DNA of 47,519 nt. Source: Candidatus Tenderia sp. (GTDB lineage Bacteria; Pseudomonadota; Gammaproteobacteria; Tenderiales; Tenderiaceae). The position numbers and the translations under genes are program-made. Within the stretch, counting starts at the first letter, position 1. Each line of letters starts with the position of its first letter. The stretch lies in assembly GCA_031416075.1 (NCBI GenBank), contig JANOSY010000058.1, positions 1-47,519 of the forward strand. The letters are read 5' to 3'. The notes below the pieces were generated by a model, which saw nothing but the letters and a program-made list of their open reading frames with translations, did not search any database and was not told the DNA's origin. Of this stretch, positions 1 through 8,266 are shown in pieces.

Positions 1-131
1 GTAGGAATGCCCATTGGTGAATCATCTTCCGGGGCGATGCGGAAGAAAGCGGAGTGTTCGGTGATGCCGTAGAGCCACAATCCCCGATAGGCTTCGTGGT
101 CATCTGGCGTGAGTTCGCGGAATTCCATCAT
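1..131 (-). CDS. Partial integron cassette gene, probable GNAT-family N-acetyltransferase (runs off the left edge)
   Basis: ATG at 131-129 lies just after the attC core GTTAGGT. Hand translation MMEFRELTPDDHEAYRGLWLYGITEHSAFFRIAPEDDSPMGIP resembles GNAT N-termini. Not in the ORF track. Confidence 0.55.
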   Translation of the reverse strand, partial: MMEFRELTPDDHEAYRGLWLYGITEHSAFFRIAPEDDSPMGIP

Positions 132-135
132 AGGC

Positions 136-198
136 ACCTAACGTAAAGTTGAGGGGCGCGCCGCTTTTGGCGCGTCCCGCTCGAACGCAATGTTAGGC
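136..198 (-). mobile_element. Integron attC site (63 bp)
   Basis: Minus strand GCCTAAC-ATTGC-GTTCGAGCGGGACGCGCC-AAAAGC-GGCGCGCCCCTCAAC-TTTAC-GTTAGGT: RYYYAAC...GTTRRRY ends around an imperfect inverted repeat. The stop codon of 193..633 lies in the inverse core. Confidence 0.93.
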
Positions 199-633
199 CC
201 AAACCAATAAGCCGACATACACAACCGATGCGACGAAACTGAGTACACTGCGCACAGCATGAAGTTTGCCCCACTTCTGTAACAGCGCGCGAGTCTCATT
301 CGAAGCAAGATCGCGACCGGGTGTTAGCAACTGGTGATTGGTGGGCATTATTGCGATGAACGTGAATGGAACAACCAAGCCGATAAACACCGCACCGACA
401 AGCCACATGACACCTCCACCGAGCAACCAAACCGCGAGGCCGCTAAGAAAGCCGAGAATGGCTAGAGATGCCTGCATGACTGTCGCGCGCTTATAGCTCG
501 GCGCCCAAACGGTTGCGGCGGTTTTCGTGTCACAGCCCATTCGTGCGGGATGCTCAACGAAATTGATGTAGATGGCAGCTCCGGTAAAGAGAGTAGTACT
601 TAATGTTGCAATAAACTGAAAGGCGGTAATCAT
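193..633 (-). CDS. DUF1772 / anthrone-oxygenase-like membrane protein (gene cassette)
   Basis: Four hydrophobic segments; motifs VEHPAR, IMPTN..L, LL.KW..LH.VR; flanked by attC sites. Confidence 0.8.
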   Translation of the reverse strand: MITAFQFIATLSTTLFTGAAIYINFVEHPARMGCDTKTAATVWAPSYKRATVMQASLAILGFLSGLAVWLLGGGVMWLVGAVFIGLVVPFTFIAIMPTNHQLLTPGRDLASNETRALLQKWGKLHAVRSVLSFVASVVYVGLLVWA

Positions 634-658
634 GCGTGCTTTCCCATCTTTTTCTGTT

Positions 659-728
659 GCCTAACGTAGAAGTCACCGGCGCTGCGCGGCTTTATCGCGC
701 AGCGTCCGTGTGGACTGCCGGGTTAGCC
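659..728 (-). mobile_element. Integron attC site (70 bp) of the R-M cassette
   Basis: Minus strand GGCTAAC-CCGGC-AGTCCACACGGACGCTGCGCG-ATAAAGC-CGCGCAGCGCCGGTGACT-TCTAC-GTTAGGC. The inverse core GGCTAAC is complementary to the core GTTAGCC at 3199-3193. Confidence 0.92.
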
Positions 729-795
729 CTTCTCACTTGAATGGTCTTCAAAGCTTTGCACCAGGAAATCTCGGTTCGGCGGATCAGCGCCAAGC

Positions 796-1713
796 TTAAA
801 AGTAACCCGTATCAAGCACGCTCTGTTCGACTGGCTGCTCGTTCAGTATCAATTCCTCGATATGCCGAATGAGGCGCTGGAACATCTCAAGCCGAAACGG
901 ATTGGTTTGAAGAAACTGAACATAGTTCGCTCGCGTCCGTTGGCGGCCTGCTGCTGTTGAGTATTGGGAGCGAACATTAGAATTCATGCGCTTGGCCTTC
1001 CGCATTATGATGATTTCATCAATATCGGTCGGTGCTGTACTCTGTGGGGTCATATCCAGCCATTCGCACAATAGGTAATAGCGAGCACCAGCAACTGCAT
1101 ACTTTGTGTCGTTGGCCGTTGCGCAGGCCTCTTGAAACATGGTCTTGTCGAGGTTGGTTTTACACTCAATCGCGATATAGCTGATATATGTTTTCTGAGT
1201 CACCGAAACCTGAAATGCTGCGTCATGGGAGGCCTTGAGATATAACGGTTTAGCAATCGCAAAATCTTGATTCTTCGTCTTTACTGCCAAGCCTCCACCC
1301 GGCTTGATGGCATCCAAGCTTGAGTTAAAGTATGCCGCAGAAAAAGATTGTATCGGCCCCACGGTTGCATCGAAAGGGGCAAGGGCTGGGAGGATTGTTG
1401 GATTGCCGACTAGCCTCGGCAAAAACTCCTCAATCACGCTGTTGTCGAGCTTGAGTTGCCCTTTTTGGCGGTACAGAAAATCTTCAGGGCTGTCAAAGAC
1501 CAAATCAATATCGATATAGTTCCTGTACTCATTCAGTAGCTCTATCATGCGGGCAAGCTGCTGCGGGCCGTCACCTTCAACGGCTGCAATATCACTGATC
1601 CATTGTTCGTGCCGGGCAATCGCCGCCTCAATGCGCGGCTTGTCTCTCGCGGGAAGTTTGTCGTTCGCGTGAGTCGCGTGCAGTTTTTCTAGGTGTGGCG
1701 TTGGGAATGTCAT
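796..1713 (-). CDS. Type II restriction endonuclease, Bpu10I family
   Basis: Motifs RQKGQLKLDNSVIEEF, KNQDFAI, IECKTNLDKTMFQEA and LCEWLDM typical of Bpu10I/BbvCI-like PD-(D/E)XK enzymes. Confidence 0.85.
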   Translation of the reverse strand: MTFPTPHLEKLHATHANDKLPARDKPRIEAAIARHEQWISDIAAVEGDGPQQLARMIELLNEYRNYIDIDLVFDSPEDFLYRQKGQLKLDNSVIEEFLPRLVGNPTILPALAPFDATVGPIQSFSAAYFNSSLDAIKPGGGLAVKTKNQDFAIAKPLYLKASHDAAFQVSVTQKTYISYIAIECKTNLDKTMFQEACATANDTKYAVAGARYYLLCEWLDMTPQSTAPTDIDEIIIMRKAKRMNSNVRSQYSTAAGRQRTRANYVQFLQTNPFRLEMFQRLIRHIEELILNEQPVEQSVLDTGYF

Positions 1714-2956
1714 CGGTGATTTCCATGTTCAGTAGGTGAATGGTCTTTTCGGTAACGTACTGAGGCGATGGAGCCACCTCTGGAACTTTCTTTATCGCAT
1801 CGAGCAAATCGATTCTTACGTCGTCGCTTTCCACATGCTCCAGTCCGGCTTGCAGGACTGACTTGGCAATTATTCGGGCTTGGTCTATGTGGTTCAAGAC
1901 GGGTTTTTGAGGGCATGGTTTTTGGAAGTGCAGAATATCCTCGTAAATCTGCTGACCAAATCGATTTGTAAAAACCCGTTCCTGCCTGAGTGCCAAACGA
2001 TAGCCCACTGCTTCGATTGCTAGGCTCGCGGCAATTTCAGAATTGAAAAATGGTACTCCTCGCACCCTTGATTCCCGCCCCATCACAAATATGATGCGGG
2101 CATCTTGAACAGTTGCGGACCAAAGCGAATCAAGACATATTGCTAAGTCTAGGCAGTATTGCGTAACAGTTAAAAAGCGGTTGCCCCTATTCTTGCGATT
2201 AGAGCCTATTTCAGTTTTGGCAACGTGCAATAAATCCCAGCCCAATGCTTCGGCGGAAGCTCGATACTGTTGATGATAGTTATATACGTTGATATATGGG
2301 GGTGATGTAAGGACAACATCGAATAGCTTTGATACCTCTGGGTATCGACCATCAGAATGATGCAGGGCTATCGGATTGTTGTTGTATGGGAGTTGTTCCA
2401 CTGTCTGGCGTAGCTTGTTCCAAGTCTTCGCCATTTTTAGCGCATTGATGCCCTTGAAAAAGTCAGCCAAGATGATGAAGGCCTCAATGATGAGCCTTTC
2501 ATCTGGCGATGTTCCAGCGAGCAATCCGGGCAAAGCTATTTGATATGTTTCCGACGACGTAGTGTCTATGGCCATGAGTAAGGGCCAGCCATTAGGAAAC
2601 AGTGTTTGCATTTTGCGCTCGACTGTAGTTACAAGCGCTAGGCGGTATTCTCGATTGAAGTTCGACAGAGAATAAATTCGGGCGAGGATATACGCAGCAG
2701 GGTTTAGCTCTATTCCAGTTGCAGCTAGCCCTAGTCGACTAGCTTCAGCGAGTACTGTTCCACTCCCACAGAATGGGTCGAGGAGGTATGCGCCCTCTCG
2801 TGCATAGCGAGTAAGCATCGCCTCGACGAATTGAGGTGAAAATTGACCATTCCAAGGAAAAAGGTTGCTTCTCGCCTTTTCTTCGATGTTCAGGCAAGCG
2901 GCTGAAATATCAACTTCGTCCAGCGGAACTTCGGAAAGATAGTTTCGTGCGGTCAT
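1628..2956 (-). CDS. DNA amino-methyltransferase (probably N4-cytosine), cognate to the endonuclease
   Basis: Motif I LDPFCGSGT followed by motif IV TSPPY; overlaps the endonuclease start by 86 bp. Confidence 0.88.
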   Translation of the reverse strand: MTARNYLSEVPLDEVDISAACLNIEEKARSNLFPWNGQFSPQFVEAMLTRYAREGAYLLDPFCGSGTVLAEASRLGLAATGIELNPAAYILARIYSLSNFNREYRLALVTTVERKMQTLFPNGWPLLMAIDTTSSETYQIALPGLLAGTSPDERLIIEAFIILADFFKGINALKMAKTWNKLRQTVEQLPYNNNPIALHHSDGRYPEVSKLFDVVLTSPPYINVYNYHQQYRASAEALGWDLLHVAKTEIGSNRKNRGNRFLTVTQYCLDLAICLDSLWSATVQDARIIFVMGRESRVRGVPFFNSEIAASLAIEAVGYRLALRQERVFTNRFGQQIYEDILHFQKPCPQKPVLNHIDQARIIAKSVLQAGLEHVESDDVRIDLLDAIKKVPEVAPSPQYVTEKTIHLLNMEITDDIPNATPRKTARDSRERQTSRERQAAH

Positions 2957-3192
2957 TGTGTTTTTCTCATGTCTATTACTACCCCGCTTTTTGATTGGCG
3001 TCGGTTATGGTCGCAGTGCGAATCTGCGCCAAAGTGGGTAAAGTTTACCAAAAGCGCGCAACGGAGGCCAGCGCGGCGCGAGACAGCAGCGGTGAAAGCG
3101 GCAGGGCCAAAGGAGAAACCCCAAGAGTCGGCGCTGGCGACACGGCGATTGGAACGAGCGAGGCGGCGGCTAAGACGGACACGCACCAAGAG

Positions 3193-3293
3193 GGCTAACG
3201 ATGAAGCTCAGGCGACCGCTACCGCGCCACATGAGCATTATTAAAAACAGAAGCGGCACGCGGTAGCGGGTCGCATGAAGCGCCTTGTTGGGC
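3193..3293 (-). mobile_element. Integron attC site (101 bp) of the first cassette
   Basis: Minus strand GCCCAAC-AAGGC-GCTTCATGCGACCCGCTACCGCG...CGCGGTAGCGGTCGCCTGAGC-TTCATC-GTTAGCC. The inverse core GCCCAAC matches the core GTTGGGC at 3522-3516. Confidence 0.9.
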
Positions 3294-3321
3294 GAACACA
3301 CTGACTGACGGAGAAATTAGC

Positions 3322-3513
3322 ATGACTCTTTTGCGACTGACCGGAAAAGGCGGCACCCACATTTATGACTCCGAGATTTGGACGAACGAGGAAGCCCGCC
3401 AGGACTACATGGGCCAGACAGGCCACGACCCTGAAGGCACCAATGAATACGCCTTCGACGCGCTGGATGGCCGCGAACTGGTGAAGTGGGTACAGACCGG
3501 GGAAACGAACTAG
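3322..3513 (+). CDS. 63-aa acidic hypothetical protein, inverted relative to the cassette array
   Basis: GGAGA RBS before the ATG; fills almost the whole space between the attC (3293) and the core site (3516). Confidence 0.6.
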   Translation: MTLLRLTGKGGTHIYDSEIWTNEEARQDYMGQTGHDPEGTNEYAFDALDGRELVKWVQTGETN

Positions 3514-3515
3514 CC

Positions 3516-3565
3516 GCCCAACGTGTATTAGACAGAAATATTAAAAAGTGTGCTAGACAGAATCT
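3516..3565 (-). mobile_element. Putative attI site
   Basis: Minus strand ...TTCTGTCTAATACAC-GTTGGGC: a core site with no attC hairpin to its right. Direct repeat GTGT-NN-TAGACAGAA at 3523-3537 and 3548-3562 (13/15), reminiscent of attI direct repeats. Confidence 0.65.
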
Positions 3566-3794
3566 GCCTATTACACCCCCCTTGTTTTTTGGTGTCATAG
3601 AATGAACCCGTCTCATCATCCGATTTTTCATGGTGTTATGCAACTGCGCTGAGCTATATGGTCAGTGCCGCAGGGGTGCTATACAGAAAAGGCATGTGGC
3701 TTAGGTTTTGTGTGGATATTTTTTGTTGCCGTGCTGGGACCGTAGCAGCTTGGGTTTTGGTTTTCTACTTCTGGCATGGGGCACTGGCTAGCTC

Positions 3795-3824
3795 GTAAGT
3801 CCGATTAGCACAGCGTAATCGGAC
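3795..3824 (+). repeat. REP-like palindrome
   Basis: GTAA-GTCCGATTA-GCACAGCG-TAATCGGAC: 9-bp perfect stem with a GTAG-like head. Confidence 0.6.
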
Positions 3825-3871
3825 GCATGTAGTCACCACCCTACAATCTGTTCTCTCGGTTAATTGCTTAA

Positions 3872-3976
3872 TTACGTCAACAACCCCAGTACCTTCTCCA
3901 TCGCTGCAACCCGATCCTCAGTCTCCGCCATCGGCATGATGATGCGTAGTTTGTCCTGGCCATGGAATCTAACCAT
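3872..3976 (-). pseudogene. Fragment resembling the C-terminus of Mfd (transcription-repair coupling factor)
   Basis: Hand translation MVRFHGQDKLRIIMPMAETEDRVAAMEKVLGLLT-stop; GQDKLRI plus a terminal amphipathic helix recalls proteobacterial Mfd ends. Confidence 0.5.
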
Positions 3977-4078
3977 GCCTAATAACCCTCCATTTAAACC
4001 GTGCAGCAACGCTGCTTTTGGGTAAAATTCACTGACGGATGTTTTTGTTTCGCCCCGCCGCTGATAACAGGATTCAAA

Positions 4079-4693
4079 ATGAATAAATCACTCGCCACAT
4101 TTCTTGCCGCTGACAACCGCCCCGCTGGGACGATGAGTTACACCGAGCTGCACGGTTTTCTGTTTGCGGTGGCCTGTTGTCCGGTGAGCATTGAACCGCT
4201 GGAGTGGCTGACCCAGGTGTTTAATAATGAAGATGCCAACTTTGCTAATGAAGATGAGGCGGAGCAGATCATGCGTGGTATCGCGGATATCTATAACGAG
4301 ATCTATGATGAGCTGCAAGAGGGGGAGGCGCTGCTGCCAGAGTGTTGCAAAGTATTAACCCCGGCCATCGCCAATCTGGATGAGGCGGCCACACTCTCTG
4401 CCTGGTCGTGCGGTTTTTTAACTGGCCACGAGTGGCTGGCGGATACCTGGGAGCAGGATATTCCGGAATCACTGGATGACGAACTTGGCTCTTGCCTGAT
4501 GATGCTGTTCTTTTTTGCCAGCCGCGAACTTGCCGACTCATTCTGCCGTAACAGTGGCAACGAGTCGTTGACCCTTGAGGAGCTTGCTGCCCTGGCGGTG
4601 GAAAACTTTGAGCAGGCGATGGTGAGTTACGCCTTTATTGGAGCCTCCATCCGACAGCTGCTGCCAGCCAATGATGCTGAAAGCGGCGACTAA
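4079..4693 (+). CDS. UPF0149/YecA-family protein without SEC-C motif
   Basis: ELHGFLFAVACCP..I.P.EWL and WSCGFL.G motifs; ATG 4079 preferred to GTG 4001. Confidence 0.82.
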   Translation: MNKSLATFLAADNRPAGTMSYTELHGFLFAVACCPVSIEPLEWLTQVFNNEDANFANEDEAEQIMRGIADIYNEIYDELQEGEALLPECCKVLTPAIANLDEAATLSAWSCGFLTGHEWLADTWEQDIPESLDDELGSCLMMLFFFASRELADSFCRNSGNESLTLEELAALAVENFEQAMVSYAFIGASIRQLLPANDAESGD

Positions 4694-4714
4694 ACCAGCA
4701 TTGGCTGGCGCGTG

Positions 4715-5167
4715 TTATTGGTAGGTCTGGCCGTTGTGTTTCAGCCATCCGCCCACATGGCGTCCCCGTGGGTCGTCATGGGTCCAGTGGATTACCCCGC
4801 CCTTTTCACTCCACTCATACTGGCCGTAAAGCTCTACCGTATCGCCCGCCTGAATAGCCGCCACCCGTGGTGCCAGGTCGATATTGTGGGCCACCAGGAG
4901 TGTCTGCCCCGATGCCAGGCGAAGAACAAAGCGCTGATGCCGACTGCCATCATTGTCGTCTGGCAATACTTTTGCCACCGTGCCTTGGCCAGCCATTTGG
5001 AGTTTGGTGGCGCGACGCTCAAAGGCTTGGGCAAATTCGGCGTCATTGTTATGGCTGCTCTGTGTGGCAACATCACGGTTGGCCAGTGTTGGGGTGTTGT
5101 TGTAGTTTTCAACGCCTAAAAATCCCGCCAGCAGGATGGCGGCGATAATGATTAATCTATTTTTCAT
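4715..5167 (-). CDS. DUF3465 domain protein (exported, OB-fold-like)
   Basis: LPDDNDGSRHQRF, LVAHNIDLAPR and GGVIHWTH.DP motifs; N-terminal hydrophobic anchor. Confidence 0.85.
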   Translation of the reverse strand: MKNRLIIIAAILLAGFLGVENYNNTPTLANRDVATQSSHNNDAEFAQAFERRATKLQMAGQGTVAKVLPDDNDGSRHQRFVLRLASGQTLLVAHNIDLAPRVAAIQAGDTVELYGQYEWSEKGGVIHWTHDDPRGRHVGGWLKHNGQTYQ

Positions 5168-5213
5168 TTAGATCCCTTTTTTAGCAATGGCTTACACGGC
5201 CAAGACTATGGCC

Positions 5214-6557
5214 TTAGTGCAGGCAACATTTTTTAAACTTTTTGCCACTGCCACAGGGGCAGGGGTCGTTACGCCCGATCTTTGGCTCCGCCCTTACCGG
5301 CATTGCCCCTCGCTCACTTAACCAGTGCTGGTACATGTAACGTACACTGCTGGCGATGGCGGTTTGCTGGTGGGCAATGGCCGCGGCGCTCATGGTGGTG
5401 GTCGCTGTGTCCCGGATAAAAAAGTGGATCGGTTGTAATCGCTCTTTAAGGAATAGAGCATCTGTGGCGCTGAGTGTGTGCCACAGATCCAGCCCCCGCA
5501 TAAACCCACGGCACCACTCATCGGCAACGGTGGTGCGTTTACCATTGTTGCTCTTTTCACTGAATAGCGGCGCGTAGGTATCGCTGTTCAGCGCCTGCAC
5601 AACACGGTTGTAGGTGACCATGACGGCACTGATAAAGTTGTTGGCCTCATCACGGCTGGGCCACTCGGGCATACATTCGTCGCCACCCCACATGGCGGAC
5701 AACCACTGTGATGGCGGAATAGCCGCTGGCGAGCAGCCTAACGCGGCAAAAAAACCATCAAGTTCGGAGACGGTGATAATGGCGCTGTCGCCACCGTAGG
5801 TCGCAAAGTAGTGTGCAATCTCTTCATCAAGATTAACGTTTGGGGCCGTAACAGGCGCAATTGCGCGCTGCAGGCTGCCATGGGCATGGCCATAACGTGG
5901 CTGCGGTGTTGCCCGCCCTTCGCGGTAGCCGAGTGCAATCTCAACATCTTCAAGGTCACCGGCGTAGGAGATATCCACCGCGCCGCTGGCATAGAGTTCA
6001 CGAATCGGCTCGATTGCACTGCGGGCCTTCAGGTCGAGCAGGCAGCAGACCACTATGCCGTTAAGCTCTGTCTGATTTTTATCGGGCTTGCCAAGGTAGT
6101 CCGCCAATACCGCCACCACCTGTTCACGGCTCGCGGGCATCGACTCAGCTACCGATTTCAGGCTTTCGGCCACCATCATGCGCGCCTCTTCACTATGGCT
6201 GTTATTGCCCAGATAGCGGGCGAGGGGTTCGATGGCCTCTGAGCCGATCATCGCCATCACCACCGGCAGCTCTTCAACGGCCCAGACATCCTCTACAAAC
6301 GTCTGCTCCAGTAACAGTAACAGCGGCTCGACGGCCTGGCTGCAACCGATCTGGCCCAGCGCTCGCCAGGCGTGGTTAGGCACCCAGACCTCATGGCTAT
6401 CGTAATCGGCATGTTGCAATGAGCTATCCGCCACCAGTGCCAACAACCCTGGCGCATCGGCACGGTCCAAACCGTGGGCAAGGTAGTCGTACCAGGGGGC
6501 GTCGTGTTGAATTTCGCCCAACTCAAACAGAAACTGCAATCTACTGACGTGATTCAT
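5214..6557 (-). CDS. DUF1186/HEAT-like domain + UPF0149 domain + SEC-C motif fusion protein
   Basis: N-terminal HAWRALGQ...AIEPL helical repeats, central [13 protein letters not shown]...WCRGFM, C-terminal [20 protein letters not shown]. Confidence 0.82.
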   Translation of the reverse strand: MNHVSRLQFLFELGEIQHDAPWYDYLAHGLDRADAPGLLALVADSSLQHADYDSHEVWVPNHAWRALGQIGCSQAVEPLLLLLEQTFVEDVWAVEELPVVMAMIGSEAIEPLARYLGNNSHSEEARMMVAESLKSVAESMPASREQVVAVLADYLGKPDKNQTELNGIVVCCLLDLKARSAIEPIRELYASGAVDISYAGDLEDVEIALGYREGRATPQPRYGHAHGSLQRAIAPVTAPNVNLDEEIAHYFATYGGDSAIITVSELDGFFAALGCSPAAIPPSQWLSAMWGGDECMPEWPSRDEANNFISAVMVTYNRVVQALNSDTYAPLFSEKSNNGKRTTVADEWCRGFMRGLDLWHTLSATDALFLKERLQPIHFFIRDTATTTMSAAAIAHQQTAIASSVRYMYQHWLSERGAMPVRAEPKIGRNDPCPCGSGKKFKKCCLH

Positions 6558-6672
6558 GGAACCCTTAATCGATCAAAAAGGGGGCATTATAATCGATCCA
6601 GTGTAATACCCTGTAAATTGTGGGCGTCTGCCCCCATGTCAGGCCTTAATCAAACCATCAGGAGTTTTCCCC

Positions 6673-7107
6673 ATGAGTGATGCTCTGCACCTTGTCTGCC
6701 CCCACTGCGATGCCATCAACCGCATCCCCACCGCCCGCCTGAACGATCACCCCAACTGTGGCCAGTGCAAGGCGGCGCTCTTCACCGCTCAACCGCTGAC
6801 ACTGACCAGTGCCAACTTTGATAGGCAGATCGGCCGCAATGACATTCCCGTACTCGTGGATTTTTGGGCACCGTGGTGTGGCCCGTGCAAGGCGATGGCC
6901 CCGGCCTTTGCTCAGGCGGCGGCACAGCTGGAGCCACAGATGCGTGTCGCTAAACTTGATACAGAGGCGGAACAGGCGATCGCCGGACGCTTTGCGATTC
7001 GCAGCATTCCAACATTGGCGCTATTTAAGGGAGGGAAGGAGATTGCCCGTCAGGCGGGGGCGATGGCAGCAGGAGATATTGTGCGCTGGGCGCAGGCGCA
7101 GCGCTGA
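6673..7107 (+). CDS. trxC: Thioredoxin 2
   Basis: N-terminal CPHC...CGQC zinc site plus WCGPC active site. Confidence 0.95.
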   Translation: MSDALHLVCPHCDAINRIPTARLNDHPNCGQCKAALFTAQPLTLTSANFDRQIGRNDIPVLVDFWAPWCGPCKAMAPAFAQAAAQLEPQMRVAKLDTEAEQAIAGRFAIRSIPTLALFKGGKEIARQAGAMAAGDIVRWAQAQR

Positions 7108-7127
7108 GTTAAGCCGCCAACACCAGA

Positions 7128-7163
7128 CATACCCCTGTCACTTGTAGCCGTGACAGGGGTATG
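7128..7163. terminator. Hairpin between convergent genes
   Basis: CATACCCCTGTCAC / GTGACAGGGGTATG, 14-bp perfect stem with 8-nt loop; no clear U tract. Confidence 0.6.
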
Positions 7164-7174
7164 CATTCTATAGG

Positions 7175-7465
7175 CTAACGCTTAAACTTGGCCGCCGCCT
7201 CTTGCACAGCGGCAGTGACCGTGTCCCAGGCACTATCCACGCCCGCCTTGAGCTGCTGCCATGCCTCTTCGCCTGCCTCGCCCAACTCTTTCAACTTAGC
7301 TTTCGTTGAGTCAAGCCCCTGTTCAAGCGCCTCAATCTGCTTGTCGTATTGGATACGGGCGTCGGCACCGGCGATCTTGGCCTCGGCCTTCAACTCGGCT
7401 AACTTGGCTTGGGCCAATTCGAGCTCGGCCTCCATTTTCTGTTTGTAGGCTTCTTTAGTGCTCAT
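7175..7465 (-). CDS. Small coiled-coil protein (sll1863-like stress-response family)
   Basis: KEAY..KMEA.L...KL.EL..AGEEAW..LK.GVD.AW pattern; AGGAG RBS. Confidence 0.75.
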   Translation of the reverse strand: MSTKEAYKQKMEAELELAQAKLAELKAEAKIAGADARIQYDKQIEALEQGLDSTKAKLKELGEAGEEAWQQLKAGVDSAWDTVTAAVQEAAAKFKR

Positions 7466-7517
7466 TTCACAACTCCTTTGTTAATCGTGTGTCGTTGGCT
7501 AAACCGCCGCTGGCGGC

Positions 7518-7742
7518 TCAACGTTTGTTTCCAAACAACAAAAGCAGGCCACCGATTGCTATCGCGCCCACACCGCCCCAGACCGGAACGTTAACCGTCT
7601 GCTGCTCTTTTACCGACAGCTCGATCGGCCCCAGCTTGGCCTCATGGGTATCTTTAGTGAAGGTGAAACTGCCATACACCAACCCCAGTACACCGGCCAC
7701 TATCAATACGGCACCTGCGATCTTGACTCCAGTCATCTCCAT
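7518..7742 (-). CDS. Small two-TM membrane protein
   Basis: G..LIVAG.LGL.YG.F...K.GPIELSV.E..TV.VP.W.G pattern; GGAGG RBS. Confidence 0.75.
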   Translation of the reverse strand: MEMTGVKIAGAVLIVAGVLGLVYGSFTFTKDTHEAKLGPIELSVKEQQTVNVPVWGGVGAIAIGGLLLLFGNKR

Positions 7743-7824
7743 GCCTCCTATTAAAAACTCAAACCCTCGGCACGGCTGGCGCGCCGAGTCACCACTTTCA
7801 ACACAAAACCGCTAACAGGAAGTC

Positions 7825-7971
7825 TTACAGACCTCGACCGCGAATGACCCGAATCAGTATCACCACAACTGCGATGACCAGAAGGATATGGATAAAACCA
7901 CCCATGGTGTACGAGGAGACAAAACCCAATAACCAGAGAAGAATCAGGACAACAGCAATAGTTTCAAGCAT
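7825..7971 (-). CDS. lmo0937-family (DUF5670) 48-aa membrane protein
   Basis: Hand translation MLETIAVVLILLWLLGFVSSYTMGGFIHILLVIAVVVILIRVIRGRGL; AAGGAG RBS; below the ORF-track size cut-off. Confidence 0.85.
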   Translation of the reverse strand: MLETIAVVLILLWLLGFVSSYTMGGFIHILLVIAVVVILIRVIRGRGL

Positions 7972-8108
7972 GTTTACACTCCTTTGCTTATAACAATTCG
8001 CAAACCCAGCGACCTATTATCACCTAACAGTAATATAGAACCGAATCCCCTTACTACTTGTAGACCCAATCGGCACGAAGAGATAGCTATTTCGCAACAA
8101 CCTGCTAA

Positions 8109-8266
8109 GGAACCTCTGAATAAGTCCTCCGTGCCCAAAGCACTTCGTGGGTCAGGCTCTTCGTAGTGAACTTGTCGAACCATGAATAGAGAGTGTTTAA
8201 CAATCAATACGTTCCGTCACCAACCCTTCGACAGGCTCAGGGCTAACGGGGTTATTCAGAGGCTCC
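8109..8266. mobile_element. 158-bp MITE with IS5-family-like ends
   Basis: TIRs GGAACCTCTGAATAA (8109-8123) and TTATTCAGAGGCTCC (8252-8266), 14/15 match; CTAA duplicated at 8105-8108 and 8267-8270; no transposase inside. Confidence 0.8.

Noticed and set aside
3317-3643. 108-aa minus-strand ORF in array orientation
   Set aside because: Crosses the core/attI site, has no recognisable family, and is antisense to the better supported 63-aa ORF.
3570-3870. Possible intI remnant or LexA box next to the attI-like site
   Set aside because: No IntI-like peptide recognised in the frames I read; CTGAGCTATATGGTCAG has 11-nt spacing rather than the CTG-N10-CAG LexA pattern.
4694-4714. attC after the DUF3465 gene, a family often seen in cassettes
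   Set aside because: Only a 5-bp hairpin (CCAGC/GCTGG) in a 21-bp gap; too short for an attC.
7974-8207. ORFs 7974..8207 and 7984..8166
   Set aside because: They run across the MITE boundary and have no recognisable features; likely spurious.
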